From IMG/VR virus record IMGVR_UViG_3300018465_000004, positions 93,019-137,600 of that record: a stretch of 44,582 nucleotides of DNA; one strand, given 5' to 3'. This DNA is from a virus. Positions 27,477 to 36,300 of the stretch are shown here, piece after piece (positions within the stretch are counted from its first letter, which is position 1; each line of letters begins with the position of its first letter). The position numbers and the translations under genes were made by a program. Below the pieces are notes generated by a model. It searched no databases and was not told the origin of the DNA. It saw only the letters and a program-made list of their open reading frames with translations.

Positions 27477-28480
27477 TGGTCCGCTCGTACGGCTCGTTGC
27501 TGGCGTACAACGCCTACACACCCGAGACCTACGACGACGCCGTCGCCGCCCGTGCCGCGTACGAAGCCGGGCAGCCGGCCACCTTCAGCCTGGACAAGAA
27601 GTACCCGCTGATCGCCTGCTGCGGCGACATGGTCTCCGACCCCGACCTGAACGACAACCGCGACCAGCTCGAAGGATCGGCGATCGCGGCGCGCTTCAAA
27701 AGCGTCAGCGATCTCGTCGTCAACAGCAACTGCACCTTCTTCTGCTGCCTGGGCGACAACGTGTACGAGGACGGGCAGCTCGCCAACTACCTCTACGGGT
27801 ACGCCAACACCTTCGGCCGGGTCGACGACAAGTGCCTGCCCATTCCCGGCAACCACGAGTATCAGACCCCGGAGGGCGCGGACTACTACGAGTACTTCGG
27901 GCACAAGGCCGGTGTCCCCGGGCGCGGCTACTACGCGGTGAACATCGCCAACTGGCGCTGGTACAGCCTGAACTCAAACTCGGCCGGAATGGTCGCCGCC
28001 GGCTCGGTACAGGCGTTGTGGTTCGAGGCTGACATGGCCGCCCACGCCGACCGCCCCAAAGTCGTGGCGTGGCACCATCCACGCTGGACCGACGGAGCCA
28101 CCGGAGCGGTCGCCGACGACAACAACTACGACCACCTCTGGCAGCTGATGTACGCCGACGGGAACGTCCAGGTCGCCCTCGCCGGGCACGACCACAACTA
28201 CCAACGGTGGGACACCATCAAGTCAGCCGGCACCGGCGCCAACCCGGCCACCGTGGCGGACGGAATCACCCAGTTCGTCGTCGGGTGCGGCGGGCACAAC
28301 TTCTTCAACCTCATCCCGCTGCGCAACACGGGCGGACCCGGTAACGCCAACCGGTCCACCTACGGCCACGACCGGGCATTCGGCGTCTTGTTCCTGCGCC
28401 TCGGGCCGACCAGCTGGGACTGGATGTTCAAGGGCATCGACGGCACCGTGCACGACGAAGGCAACCGCGCCATCCACTGA
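27476..28480 (+). CDS. Calcineurin-like metallophosphoesterase (purple acid phosphatase type)
   Basis: Motifs GD, GDNVY, GNHE, WHHP and GHDHNY; TGATG overlap. Confidence 0.9.
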   Translation: MVRSYGSLLAYNAYTPETYDDAVAARAAYEAGQPATFSLDKKYPLIACCGDMVSDPDLNDNRDQLEGSAIAARFKSVSDLVVNSNCTFFCCLGDNVYEDGQLANYLYGYANTFGRVDDKCLPIPGNHEYQTPEGADYYEYFGHKAGVPGRGYYAVNIANWRWYSLNSNSAGMVAAGSVQALWFEADMAAHADRPKVVAWHHPRWTDGATGAVADDNNYDHLWQLMYADGNVQVALAGHDHNYQRWDTIKSAGTGANPATVADGITQFVVGCGGHNFFNLIPLRNTGGPGNANRSTYGHDRAFGVLFLRLGPTSWDWMFKGIDGTVHDEGNRAIH

Positions 28481-28517
28481 CCACCGATAAGACACAGGGA
28501 GAGGCGGTGGCCCTGCG

Positions 28518-29042
28518 ATGTTGCCTGTTCCGACCGTTGCCTACCTGGCGCAATTCACCGGGCGCGACGAAGCATCCTTCACCGCCTTCGCCGACCAGGC
28601 CCTGATCCAGTCCACCCTGCTGTTCTCCGTCACCACCAACCTCGACGAGTACCCGGACGACGAAGACCTCCAGCAGCTGGGCATCAACGCCATCCTCGAA
28701 ATGGCAGACCGGATCTACCTCGAACAGCCCTACGCCGCTGCCGTTGCCTCGCCGTTCCAGTCCGAGTCGATCGGCTCCTACAGCTACGCCAAGGGCAGCT
28801 ACGCCGCCAAGGCCAAGGACAAGGAACGCACCGGACTGTTCTGGTGGGACCTCGCCGTCGACCAGCTCAGCCTCATCGAGCGCAGCCTGGTCGCCTCCGG
28901 CGGCATCGACGTCTTCGAGCACGACTCGATGTACACCACCGGCGACGACGACCGGATCGTGCTCAGCCCCAGCGACCTGGCCCAGCTCGACCGGGCCGGC
29001 GGCTACGTCAACGCCGAACTCAACCCCCGCCCCCGGCTGTGA
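28518..29042 (+). CDS. Head-to-tail adaptor
   Basis: QSESIGSYSY motif; position. Confidence 0.75.
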   Translation: MLPVPTVAYLAQFTGRDEASFTAFADQALIQSTLLFSVTTNLDEYPDDEDLQQLGINAILEMADRIYLEQPYAAAVASPFQSESIGSYSYAKGSYAAKAKDKERTGLFWWDLAVDQLSLIERSLVASGGIDVFEHDSMYTTGDDDRIVLSPSDLAQLDRAGGYVNAELNPRPRL

Positions 29043-29045
29043 CCC

Positions 29046-29441
29046 GTGCGCCATCTCTACAACAGCCGGGCCGAGATCCTACGAATCCAGGGCACCTTCA
29101 CCAACGGCGCCCTCACCCAGAGCTGGACCGTCGCCGGGGAGATGGACTGCCGCATCGACCTGGTCTTCACCCGCCCCGGCAAAGACCAGCCGATGCCCAT
29201 CGTCGCCGGCCGCGCCCCTGACCGGATCGGGGTCGTCTTCTTCGACGTCGGCGTCGACGCCCGCGCAGGCGACCGCATCCGCCCGCTCACCGGACCGGTC
29301 ACCGGCACCTTCGAGCTGCGCGTCGTCCCCGACCCCGCGGTCGGCTTCGCCGCCGCCCACCACCTGGAGGCCCAGGTCGTCGAAGTCAGCCAGCGGCTGA
29401 GCGGAGTCTTCCCCGGCGCCCAGCCAGAGGAGGGTCCATGA
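29046..29441 (+). CDS. Head-to-tail stopper (closure protein)
   Basis: AGDRI...HHLE beta-rich pattern; position. Confidence 0.7.
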   Translation: MRHLYNSRAEILRIQGTFTNGALTQSWTVAGEMDCRIDLVFTRPGKDQPMPIVAGRAPDRIGVVFFDVGVDARAGDRIRPLTGPVTGTFELRVVPDPAVGFAAAHHLEAQVVEVSQRLSGVFPGAQPEEGP

Positions 29442-29854
29442 GCTTCCAGATCCGCATCGACGTCGACACCTCCGAGGTCGACCGGGACCTGCTGCGCGTC
29501 GGTGAAGGCCCCGACATGCGGCACCGACGCCGCTTCGACGCCACCCTCACCAAGCAGTTCCAGGACACCCAACTGCGGGTCCACGTCATCACCGGCTCGC
29601 TCAAGGCATCCGGGCGCTTCCGCAGCAACGGCCGCCTCGGCGGCGGCTGGGAAGGCACCATCGTCTACGGCCAATGGCCGCTGGCCTCCGCACCGGTACC
29701 CGGCCCACCGCGTAACCCCATGCACTACGCCCGGTACGAGTACGAGAAGCCGACCGACGAGCGGTACGACCACAACTTCTTCCGCGGCATCCTCGACGGC
29801 GACGACGGTTACGTCGACACCATCCTGGACTTCCTACGCGGAGGCCCGTCGTGA
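29438..29854 (+). CDS. Neck / tail-completion protein (HK97 gp10-like)
   Basis: VHVITGSLKAS and YARYE motifs; position. Confidence 0.65.
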   Translation: MSFQIRIDVDTSEVDRDLLRVGEGPDMRHRRRFDATLTKQFQDTQLRVHVITGSLKASGRFRSNGRLGGGWEGTIVYGQWPLASAPVPGPPRNPMHYARYEYEKPTDERYDHNFFRGILDGDDGYVDTILDFLRGGPS

Positions 29855-30336
29855 CCGCCCCGGTGACCGCGGACAGCCTCGTCCAGGGCGCGGCCATCTA
29901 CCTGTTGGCCATCCCCGAGGTCGTGGCCGTCCTCGGCGTCACCCCGGAGGGCTCGCCCTGGCTGTTCCAGAACAGCCTGAAGGTCAACGTCGAAGGCACC
30001 AGCGGCAATGCCGCCGTCATCAGCTACGGCGGGGGCTGGTCCGGCGGCAACGAGCACAACACCCTGAACTTCCCCCGGCTGTCGGTGGAACTGTGGGTCG
30101 ACCCGATCCGTGATGCCGACAAGAACGTCACCGACCCGGACGAGTCCTTCCGCCGTCTCGACGCCGTCTACAAAGTCTTCGACCGCGTCCTGCACCGCGC
30201 CCAGGGCGGCACCCAGATGTGGGGTGCGGTACGGACCCTGTCCAGCCTGCGGCAGAGCGAGCCGCTGATGTACGCCGTGCCCGACGGCGACGGCCTGCTG
30301 CGCGGGCAGGTCTATTACGCGGTTGAAGAAGGCTGA
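29851..30336 (+). CDS. Tail terminator protein
   Basis: PRLSVELW motif; size and position. Confidence 0.65.
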   Translation: MTAPVTADSLVQGAAIYLLAIPEVVAVLGVTPEGSPWLFQNSLKVNVEGTSGNAAVISYGGGWSGGNEHNTLNFPRLSVELWVDPIRDADKNVTDPDESFRRLDAVYKVFDRVLHRAQGGTQMWGAVRTLSSLRQSEPLMYAVPDGDGLLRGQVYYAVEEG

Positions 30337-30363
30337 CCACACACCGGACGCCCTGGAGCGCAT

Positions 30364-31500
30364 GTGAAGATCCTCATCAAGGCCCCGTTCAACCCGTACA
30401 GCGGCTACGGCAACGACGGCATCGGCATCACCCGGGCGCTGTGTAACGCGGGCCTGGACGTCTACCTCGACCCCAGCCACGTCTCCCCGCCCCTTCCCGC
30501 CGACGTCGCCGACCTGCTCACCAAGCGGCTGGAAGCCCCGTTCGACCTGCTCATCCACCACGTCGACCCGGCCCAGCTCGGTATCAGCCCCGAAGCCCGC
30601 CGCGCCGCACACACCACTGTCGGCTGGACCATGTGGGAATACTCCTCACTGGACAACCTCAAGGGTCGCTCCACCCTGCGCAAGCGGCTGCGTACCTTCG
30701 ACATGCTGCTCGGCTACGACACCGTCACCAGCGAAGCCTTCGCCCCATACCTCGGCCCCAACACTGCCGGCGGCACCTTGCAGGGCGGGTTCTGGCCCGA
30801 GGACTGGCAGCCGGTCGCCCGGGACTGGCACGGGCCACGCTTCGGGTTCTGCATGGTCGGCCAGCTCCACCAACGCAAAGACCCGTTCGTGGCCATCCAA
30901 GCCTTCCGCGACCTGAAAGAGGAGTACCCGGAGGAGTTCGAGCCCGCCGAGCTGCATCTGAAGACCAACGTGCCCGGCCTGCACAAGGCGATGGAGCAGT
31001 GGGTGCCAAAGTTGCGGGTGCACTACTCGACCTGGCCCAGCGACGTCCTCAAGGACTTCTACGCCGCCCAGCACGTCCTGCTCGCCCCCAGCCGGGGCGA
31101 AGGAAAGAACGTCCCGGCGCTGGAGTTCATGTCCACCGGCGGGGCAGTGATCGCCACCAACTGGGGCGGCCACACCCAGTGGCTGTCATCCAGTTACGCC
31201 TACCCACTGGACTACATCCTCGCCGCGGAGGCCCCCACCACGCCTGAGTGCTGCTCCGCCCGCGCCAGCAAGGACCACCTCAAGGCGTTGATGCTGCACA
31301 CCTTCCGCAACCGCGCCGAAGTCGCCCGCAAGGCCGACCTCGCCGCCCAGATCATCCCGTCGATGTGCAACTGGAACGCCGTCATCGACCGGTTGTTCCT
31401 CAAGCTCAACGAACTCGTCCCCATCCGCGGCGCCCATCTGCTGCACGCATACCGGCGCAACCGGGAACGCGTCGAAGACGGGATCACCGTCCTTGCCTAA
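30364..31500 (+). CDS. GT-B fold glycosyltransferase (GT4-like)
   Basis: SGYGN, TMWE, RKD and PSRGEGKNVPALEFMSTG (E-x7-E) motifs. Confidence 0.9.
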   Translation: MKILIKAPFNPYSGYGNDGIGITRALCNAGLDVYLDPSHVSPPLPADVADLLTKRLEAPFDLLIHHVDPAQLGISPEARRAAHTTVGWTMWEYSSLDNLKGRSTLRKRLRTFDMLLGYDTVTSEAFAPYLGPNTAGGTLQGGFWPEDWQPVARDWHGPRFGFCMVGQLHQRKDPFVAIQAFRDLKEEYPEEFEPAELHLKTNVPGLHKAMEQWVPKLRVHYSTWPSDVLKDFYAAQHVLLAPSRGEGKNVPALEFMSTGGAVIATNWGGHTQWLSSSYAYPLDYILAAEAPTTPECCSARASKDHLKALMLHTFRNRAEVARKADLAAQIIPSMCNWNAVIDRLFLKLNELVPIRGAHLLHAYRRNRERVEDGITVLA

Positions 31501-31723
31501 CATCGTCGAGGTTCGCTGCCCGCTCGGCCCGCAGCGGTTGTTCACCAAGCTGCGGCTCGGTCTGGAAACCCACCGCTACATCCAACCGGACAACCTCATC
31601 GAGTTCTCCTGTAGCGATTGCGCCCGCCGCCACCTCCGCGAACACCAGCAACTGGCGCGCGTTTTCCACCGCTACAACTTCGTCGGCGAGCTGATCGCCA
31701 CCCTGGTCGTGCCGCGAGGGTAG
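31493..31723 (+). CDS. Small Cys-containing protein (Mu Com-like zinc-ribbon candidate)
   Basis: EVRCP..RLF.KL...IEFSCSDC. Confidence 0.55.
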   Translation: MPNIVEVRCPLGPQRLFTKLRLGLETHRYIQPDNLIEFSCSDCARRHLREHQQLARVFHRYNFVGELIATLVVPRG

Positions 31724-31784
31724 GCCCGCTCTCATACCGATTAGACACACGACGCCGTCTGCCGGTTGAAAAGGGTGTGGCTTC

Positions 31785-32345
31785 GTGACTAGCAAGGTTG
31801 TTGAGGGCTTTTCGCTCTCGCACGCTGCGATCCTTGACGGCACCACCGGTGCTGAGGAGGTCGACGGCGACATCTACGGCGTCCGGTCCGGCACCCTCGC
31901 CGCGGACACCGGCAACTACGACAACACCGGCGACGACGCGGTCCTCAGCTCGTGGGTGTGGCTGAACTTCGCCACCGTCACCGTGCAGGCCGGCTACGTG
32001 CCCTTCGACACCGTCGCGCTGCTTTCCGGCGCCGTCGTCACCTCCTCCGGCACCGGCCTGAACGACTACTACTCCCTGCCGCTGTGGGACGAGGCGTCGA
32101 TCAACCAGCCGCCACGGCCGATGCTCATCCGCGTCCCCGCCAGGGACAAGGACGGCCTCATCCGGACGCTGGACTTCGTCCTCTACAAGGTCCAGTTCGG
32201 CCCGATGAGCTTCGACGGCCCGTCCTACAAGTCCGGTCTGCTCCTCAACTACTCGGGCCGCGCCGTCGTGTCCGACAAGGACGAGACCGGCGCAACCCTC
32301 GACAAGAAGGCGATCGGCCGCCTCATCAACCGCCCGGCTGTCTAA
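31785..32345 (+). CDS. Major tail (tube) protein
   Basis: Position before chaperone and tape measure genes; beta-rich 186 aa. Confidence 0.75.
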   Translation: MTSKVVEGFSLSHAAILDGTTGAEEVDGDIYGVRSGTLAADTGNYDNTGDDAVLSSWVWLNFATVTVQAGYVPFDTVALLSGAVVTSSGTGLNDYYSLPLWDEASINQPPRPMLIRVPARDKDGLIRTLDFVLYKVQFGPMSFDGPSYKSGLLLNYSGRAVVSDKDETGATLDKKAIGRLINRPAV

Positions 32346-32393
32346 CCACGCCCGGCAACACCCAACACCGCCCAGGAGCCCAGGAGGCGATAG

Positions 32394-33095
32394 ATGGCGA
32401 ACGAAATCGACGTGCTCGACCCGGTCCCGACCACGGTCACCCTGTCCACCGGGACCGTGGTCGAGATCGAGCATCTCAAGGCCCGGCAGTTCTTCAAGTT
32501 CCTGCGCATCATCACCCGCGGCGCGTTGCCCGCGATGCAGGACATGTCGGTCTTCAAGCTCGACGGCGAACAGGACGCCAAGGAGTTCGCCGGCCGGCTC
32601 ATCTCGCTGATGCTGCTGAGCATCCCCGAGGCTGAAGACGAAGCCATCGAATTCATCCAGAGCATGTGCAAGCCCTACGGGCTCATCGAGCGGCGCGGCG
32701 GCAGCAAGCTCAACAAGCAGGACGTCGAACGCAACACCGAGCTGTGGACCCGGGTCATCACCGACCTGGACAATCCCGAGCTTGACGACCTGGTCACCGT
32801 CGTGGAGGCCATCGTCAAGCGGGAAGCCGCAGACATCCAGGCACTGGGAAAACGCCTCAGCGCGATGTTCAAGCTCGCGGAGAAGACGGGCCAGATCCCC
32901 AGCCCATCCCAGAGCCGGACGTCCCCGGCCGGGAACTCCTCGGCGGACTATCCCGCGCCTACGACCTCCTCGCCAGCGAGTACGGATGGACCGACGCCAT
33001 CTGCGGAGACCTCACCCTCCGCCGGCTACGTCAGTGTGTCGCCGCCATTCGGGAGCGACGTCACTACGACAAGTGGGACCGCGATCAATGGCTGA
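32394..33095 (+). CDS. Tail assembly chaperone (gpG-like, zero frame)
   Basis: AGGAGG RBS; position; slippery site at 32846. Confidence 0.8.
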   Translation: MANEIDVLDPVPTTVTLSTGTVVEIEHLKARQFFKFLRIITRGALPAMQDMSVFKLDGEQDAKEFAGRLISLMLLSIPEAEDEAIEFIQSMCKPYGLIERRGGSKLNKQDVERNTELWTRVITDLDNPELDDLVTVVEAIVKREAADIQALGKRLSAMFKLAEKTGQIPSPSQSRTSPAGNSSADYPAPTTSSPASTDGPTPSAETSPSAGYVSVSPPFGSDVTTTSGTAING

Positions 33096-33313
33096 TCTGG
33101 CAGACCCGCACGATCTCCACCTTCGTGGCGGCCACCGTGCCGGTTGAGTCAGCTGGATCCGGCAGCCCACTGCTTCAGCAGGCCCAGCGCATCGGCCTAC
33201 CCGATGAAGAACCCGAGCAGCAGAAGAAGGCGTCGGTCATCGATCCGCAACGCGGCTCCTTCGAAGCCTTCATGGGCAGCTTCGGCAGCCCCCGACGGTG
33301 GGCCGGGACCTAA
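32846..33313 (+). CDS. gpT-like -1 frame extension of the tail assembly chaperone (gpGT = 32394..33313)
   Basis: G GGA AAA slippery heptamer in phase; the -1 frame is open to TAA 33313 and reads ...YDLLASEYGWTDAICGDLTLRRL... Confidence 0.8.
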   Translation, partial: GKTPQRDVQARGEDGPDPQPIPEPDVPGRELLGGLSRAYDLLASEYGWTDAICGDLTLRRLRQCVAAIRERRHYDKWDRDQWLIWQTRTISTFVAATVPVESAGSGSPLLQQAQRIGLPDEEPEQQKKASVIDPQRGSFEAFMGSFGSPRRWAGT

Positions 33314-33331
33314 CCCGAGAGGAGGTCGGCG

Positions 33332-36300
33332 GTGGCGGACAGAGTCCAACGGGTCATCTATCGCGTCATCATCGACACCTCAACCCTGGCCGCAGACGCG
33401 GCCAGGGCCAGGGCCATCATCCAGGCGCTGCGCGACGAGGAGAACCGTCAGCCGACCCGCAACACCACGGCGAGCCGGCTCAGCGAGGATCTCAACCGCG
33501 CCCGCAAGGAACTCAAAGCCCTCCAGGACGAAGACAACCGCTACACCGCCCAGGCGGTACGCAACGCCGAGCAGATCCGCAACGCGCGCAAGAAGATCGC
33601 CGACGCTGAGCGGGACATCGCCGCCCAGCGCTCCCGTGCCGTCAGCACCGGTGGGGACACCGACGTACCTGGCGCCGCCGGTGCCGGCCGGACCCCGAGC
33701 CGTGGCGGGGTAGAGCGCAACTACCACCCGCAGCTCAACACCATCATCGTCCAGCTCCAGCGGCTCAACTCCACACTGGACCGCTTCGGCCGCGCCGGGC
33801 AGCTCGGTGGCACAGCCGGCGGGGTTGCCCGGGAGCTGCCCCGGGCGGCCGAGTCCGCCGGGGAGGAACGACGGCGTCCCGCTGCGGCCCCTGCGCGCGC
33901 CTCAGACCAGACCGCCCGGCCAGCCCGGATGCCCCGGCGTCCGGAGGAGCGGCTGCCCGTTCCAACGCCGGAGCAGGACCGTCCCAAGCCACCGGTCCCG
34001 CCACGGCCGCCCATTGAGCCGATCGGGAGCTTCCAGCAACTCACCATCCCCGGGCTGAAGCGCGCCGACCTGCATGACGCCTCGCAGCGGATCTTCCTGC
34101 AACGGGAGGCCCTGCGCACCGAGGCGGAGGACGCCGAGAACCGGATCCGCGCCAACGCTGCGGCGCGAGCGGCAGCCGGCCGTGACGATCAGTCCCGCCC
34201 AAAGCCGCCCCGGATCACCCAACCCGGGTTGTTCTCGGTTGACGAGGCTGACCCCGAGGGAGCCGCCCAGCGCCGGGAACGCCGTGCCGCAGCCAGAGAC
34301 AGAGCACGCGTGGCCCGTGCCATCACGGAGGCACTCACCGCCGCACGGGAGGCGGCGGACCTAGCACGAGCCGAAACCCGCGACGACTCGCAGCGCGATC
34401 CCTTCTCCGGTGTCCGGCCGGATGACCTGCGCGACGTCCCGACCTCGCCCGAATTCCGGCGGCAGGCCGTCACCGACGCTGAAGCCGACCGCCGGGAGCG
34501 CAAGCGGGTAGAGGCGGAGCGCAAAGCCCACCAGCGCCGCCTGGACCTCGCGCACCGGGAGGCGCTGGCCTTCGAGCGCGCCGAGCAGCGTCGTGCCGAG
34601 GCAGCCGAACGTGCCGCGCAACGCGGGGCAGCAGCGGCCGAGCGTGCCGCGCAACGCAAAGCAGCCGCCGAAGAGAAGGCGGAACAGCGCGCAATCGCTG
34701 CTGCGAAGAAGGAACTGGAAGCCCAGGAGCGGGCGACCAGGAAAGCCGCCGAGGCCCAGGAGCGTGCCGACCGGCGGGCTCAGGCAGCTGAGGAACGGGC
34801 CGCCGAGGCGCGGGCGCGGATCAGAGCGCAGGAAGAACGGGCGGTTGAGGCCGCAGCACGGCGCCGCTACGAGAGCCAGCAACGTGAGATTGAACGCGCC
34901 CGGCTGGCTCACCTTCAGGCGATCGCCGACGACCAGGGGCAGTCGCTGTTCGGGCGTCGCGGTGTCCGAGCTGCTGACTTCCGGCCGAACCTGCCAACCG
35001 ACGATGACGGCCGGACCCTCCCGCTGGCCGCCTCACCGGGTCGGGTTTCCCGTGACGAACTTCGGGCCCGCAACGAACGGCGCGCGGCTGAGGAGCGGGA
35101 GCGTCGTGCCCGCCGGTTCCTCGGCGACACAACGGGCGGAGCGGAAACCCACCAGGAACAGGGCGACCTGCTCGACGTCCTCCGCGAGGTCGAGGAAGAG
35201 ACGGGCCGGATCGCCCAGACCCGTCGGCATCACACGGCGGCGGTCCGCGACGAGAACCGGGAACTCTCCGGCCAGCTCAACCTGCTAGACGAGCTGGCGC
35301 GGGTTCAGCGCGGCTTCAGACGCCCCGACTCGGATCCATGGCCGACCCGGACCTGGACCCCGGGCACCGACCAGGACCAGATGAACCGGCTTACCGCCGC
35401 GATGGACCGGGTCCGGGCCGCCACCAACCGCGCGACCGTCGCGCAACGGGACCACAACCGCACCCGGACCTACGCCGCCCAGCAGGTCGCCCAGCAGACC
35501 GCGGCACTGAACACCAGCACCCAGAGCGTCAACACCAACACCACCAGCACCAACAACAACACCCAGAGCCAGGTCAACAACCAGCGTGCGATCGCGCGGG
35601 CCGCCCAGGCGGCGCGTACCCGCGCCGCGCGGATCGCCCAGGCGCTGCGCCGCCGTGCGACGCCCGGCGCCCCAGGGCAGCCCGGCCCCAGCCCGCTCAG
35701 CCGAGCAGCCCGCGGAGCGGTCTCCGGCGTCCAGGGTCTCGCCTCGGGTATCGGCGCAGTCGCGAATGCGTTGACCGCCTCCTCGCTTGGCCGCTGGCGG
35801 TACTGGCAGGTCTTGCTGGCCGCGATCCTGGCCATCCTGGTCCTGCTCATTCCCCTGGTGGTTTCCGCAACTGCCGCCATCGGCGCCCTCGCTTCGGCAG
35901 GCGTGGTCGCCTTTGCTGGCCTGGCGGTCTTTGCCCTGGCCGCCGTCGGAAACGTCAAGAAGCTCACCGAGGCCATCAAGGAGGCCCAACGCACCGGCGC
36001 TAGGCTGCCCGCTCAGTACCAGGCAGCCGGGAGGGCGTTCGACGGACTCAGCGACGCCTACCGGAAGTTCCAGGCCGAGACCCGCCAGCCGGTCTTCGGA
36101 ACGCTCATCGACGCGATGGGCATCGCCACCCGGATGCTGCCCCGCCTCGTCCCCATCGCCGCCGCGGTCGGAGCCGGGATCCGCCAGGCCCTCGGGGTAC
36201 TCGACGACGCCTTCAGCAGCGGCGGGTTCGACGAGTTCCTCGCCCTCATCAGCCGCACAGCGCCCGGCGTCATCGTTTCGCTGACCCGCTCCGTTGCCAG

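Noticed and set aside
35505-35585. AAC-rich run that might suggest a diversity-generating retroelement template or a repeat array
   Set aside because: It is in-frame Asn/Thr coding inside the tape measure gene; no reverse transcriptase or TR/VR pair was seen.
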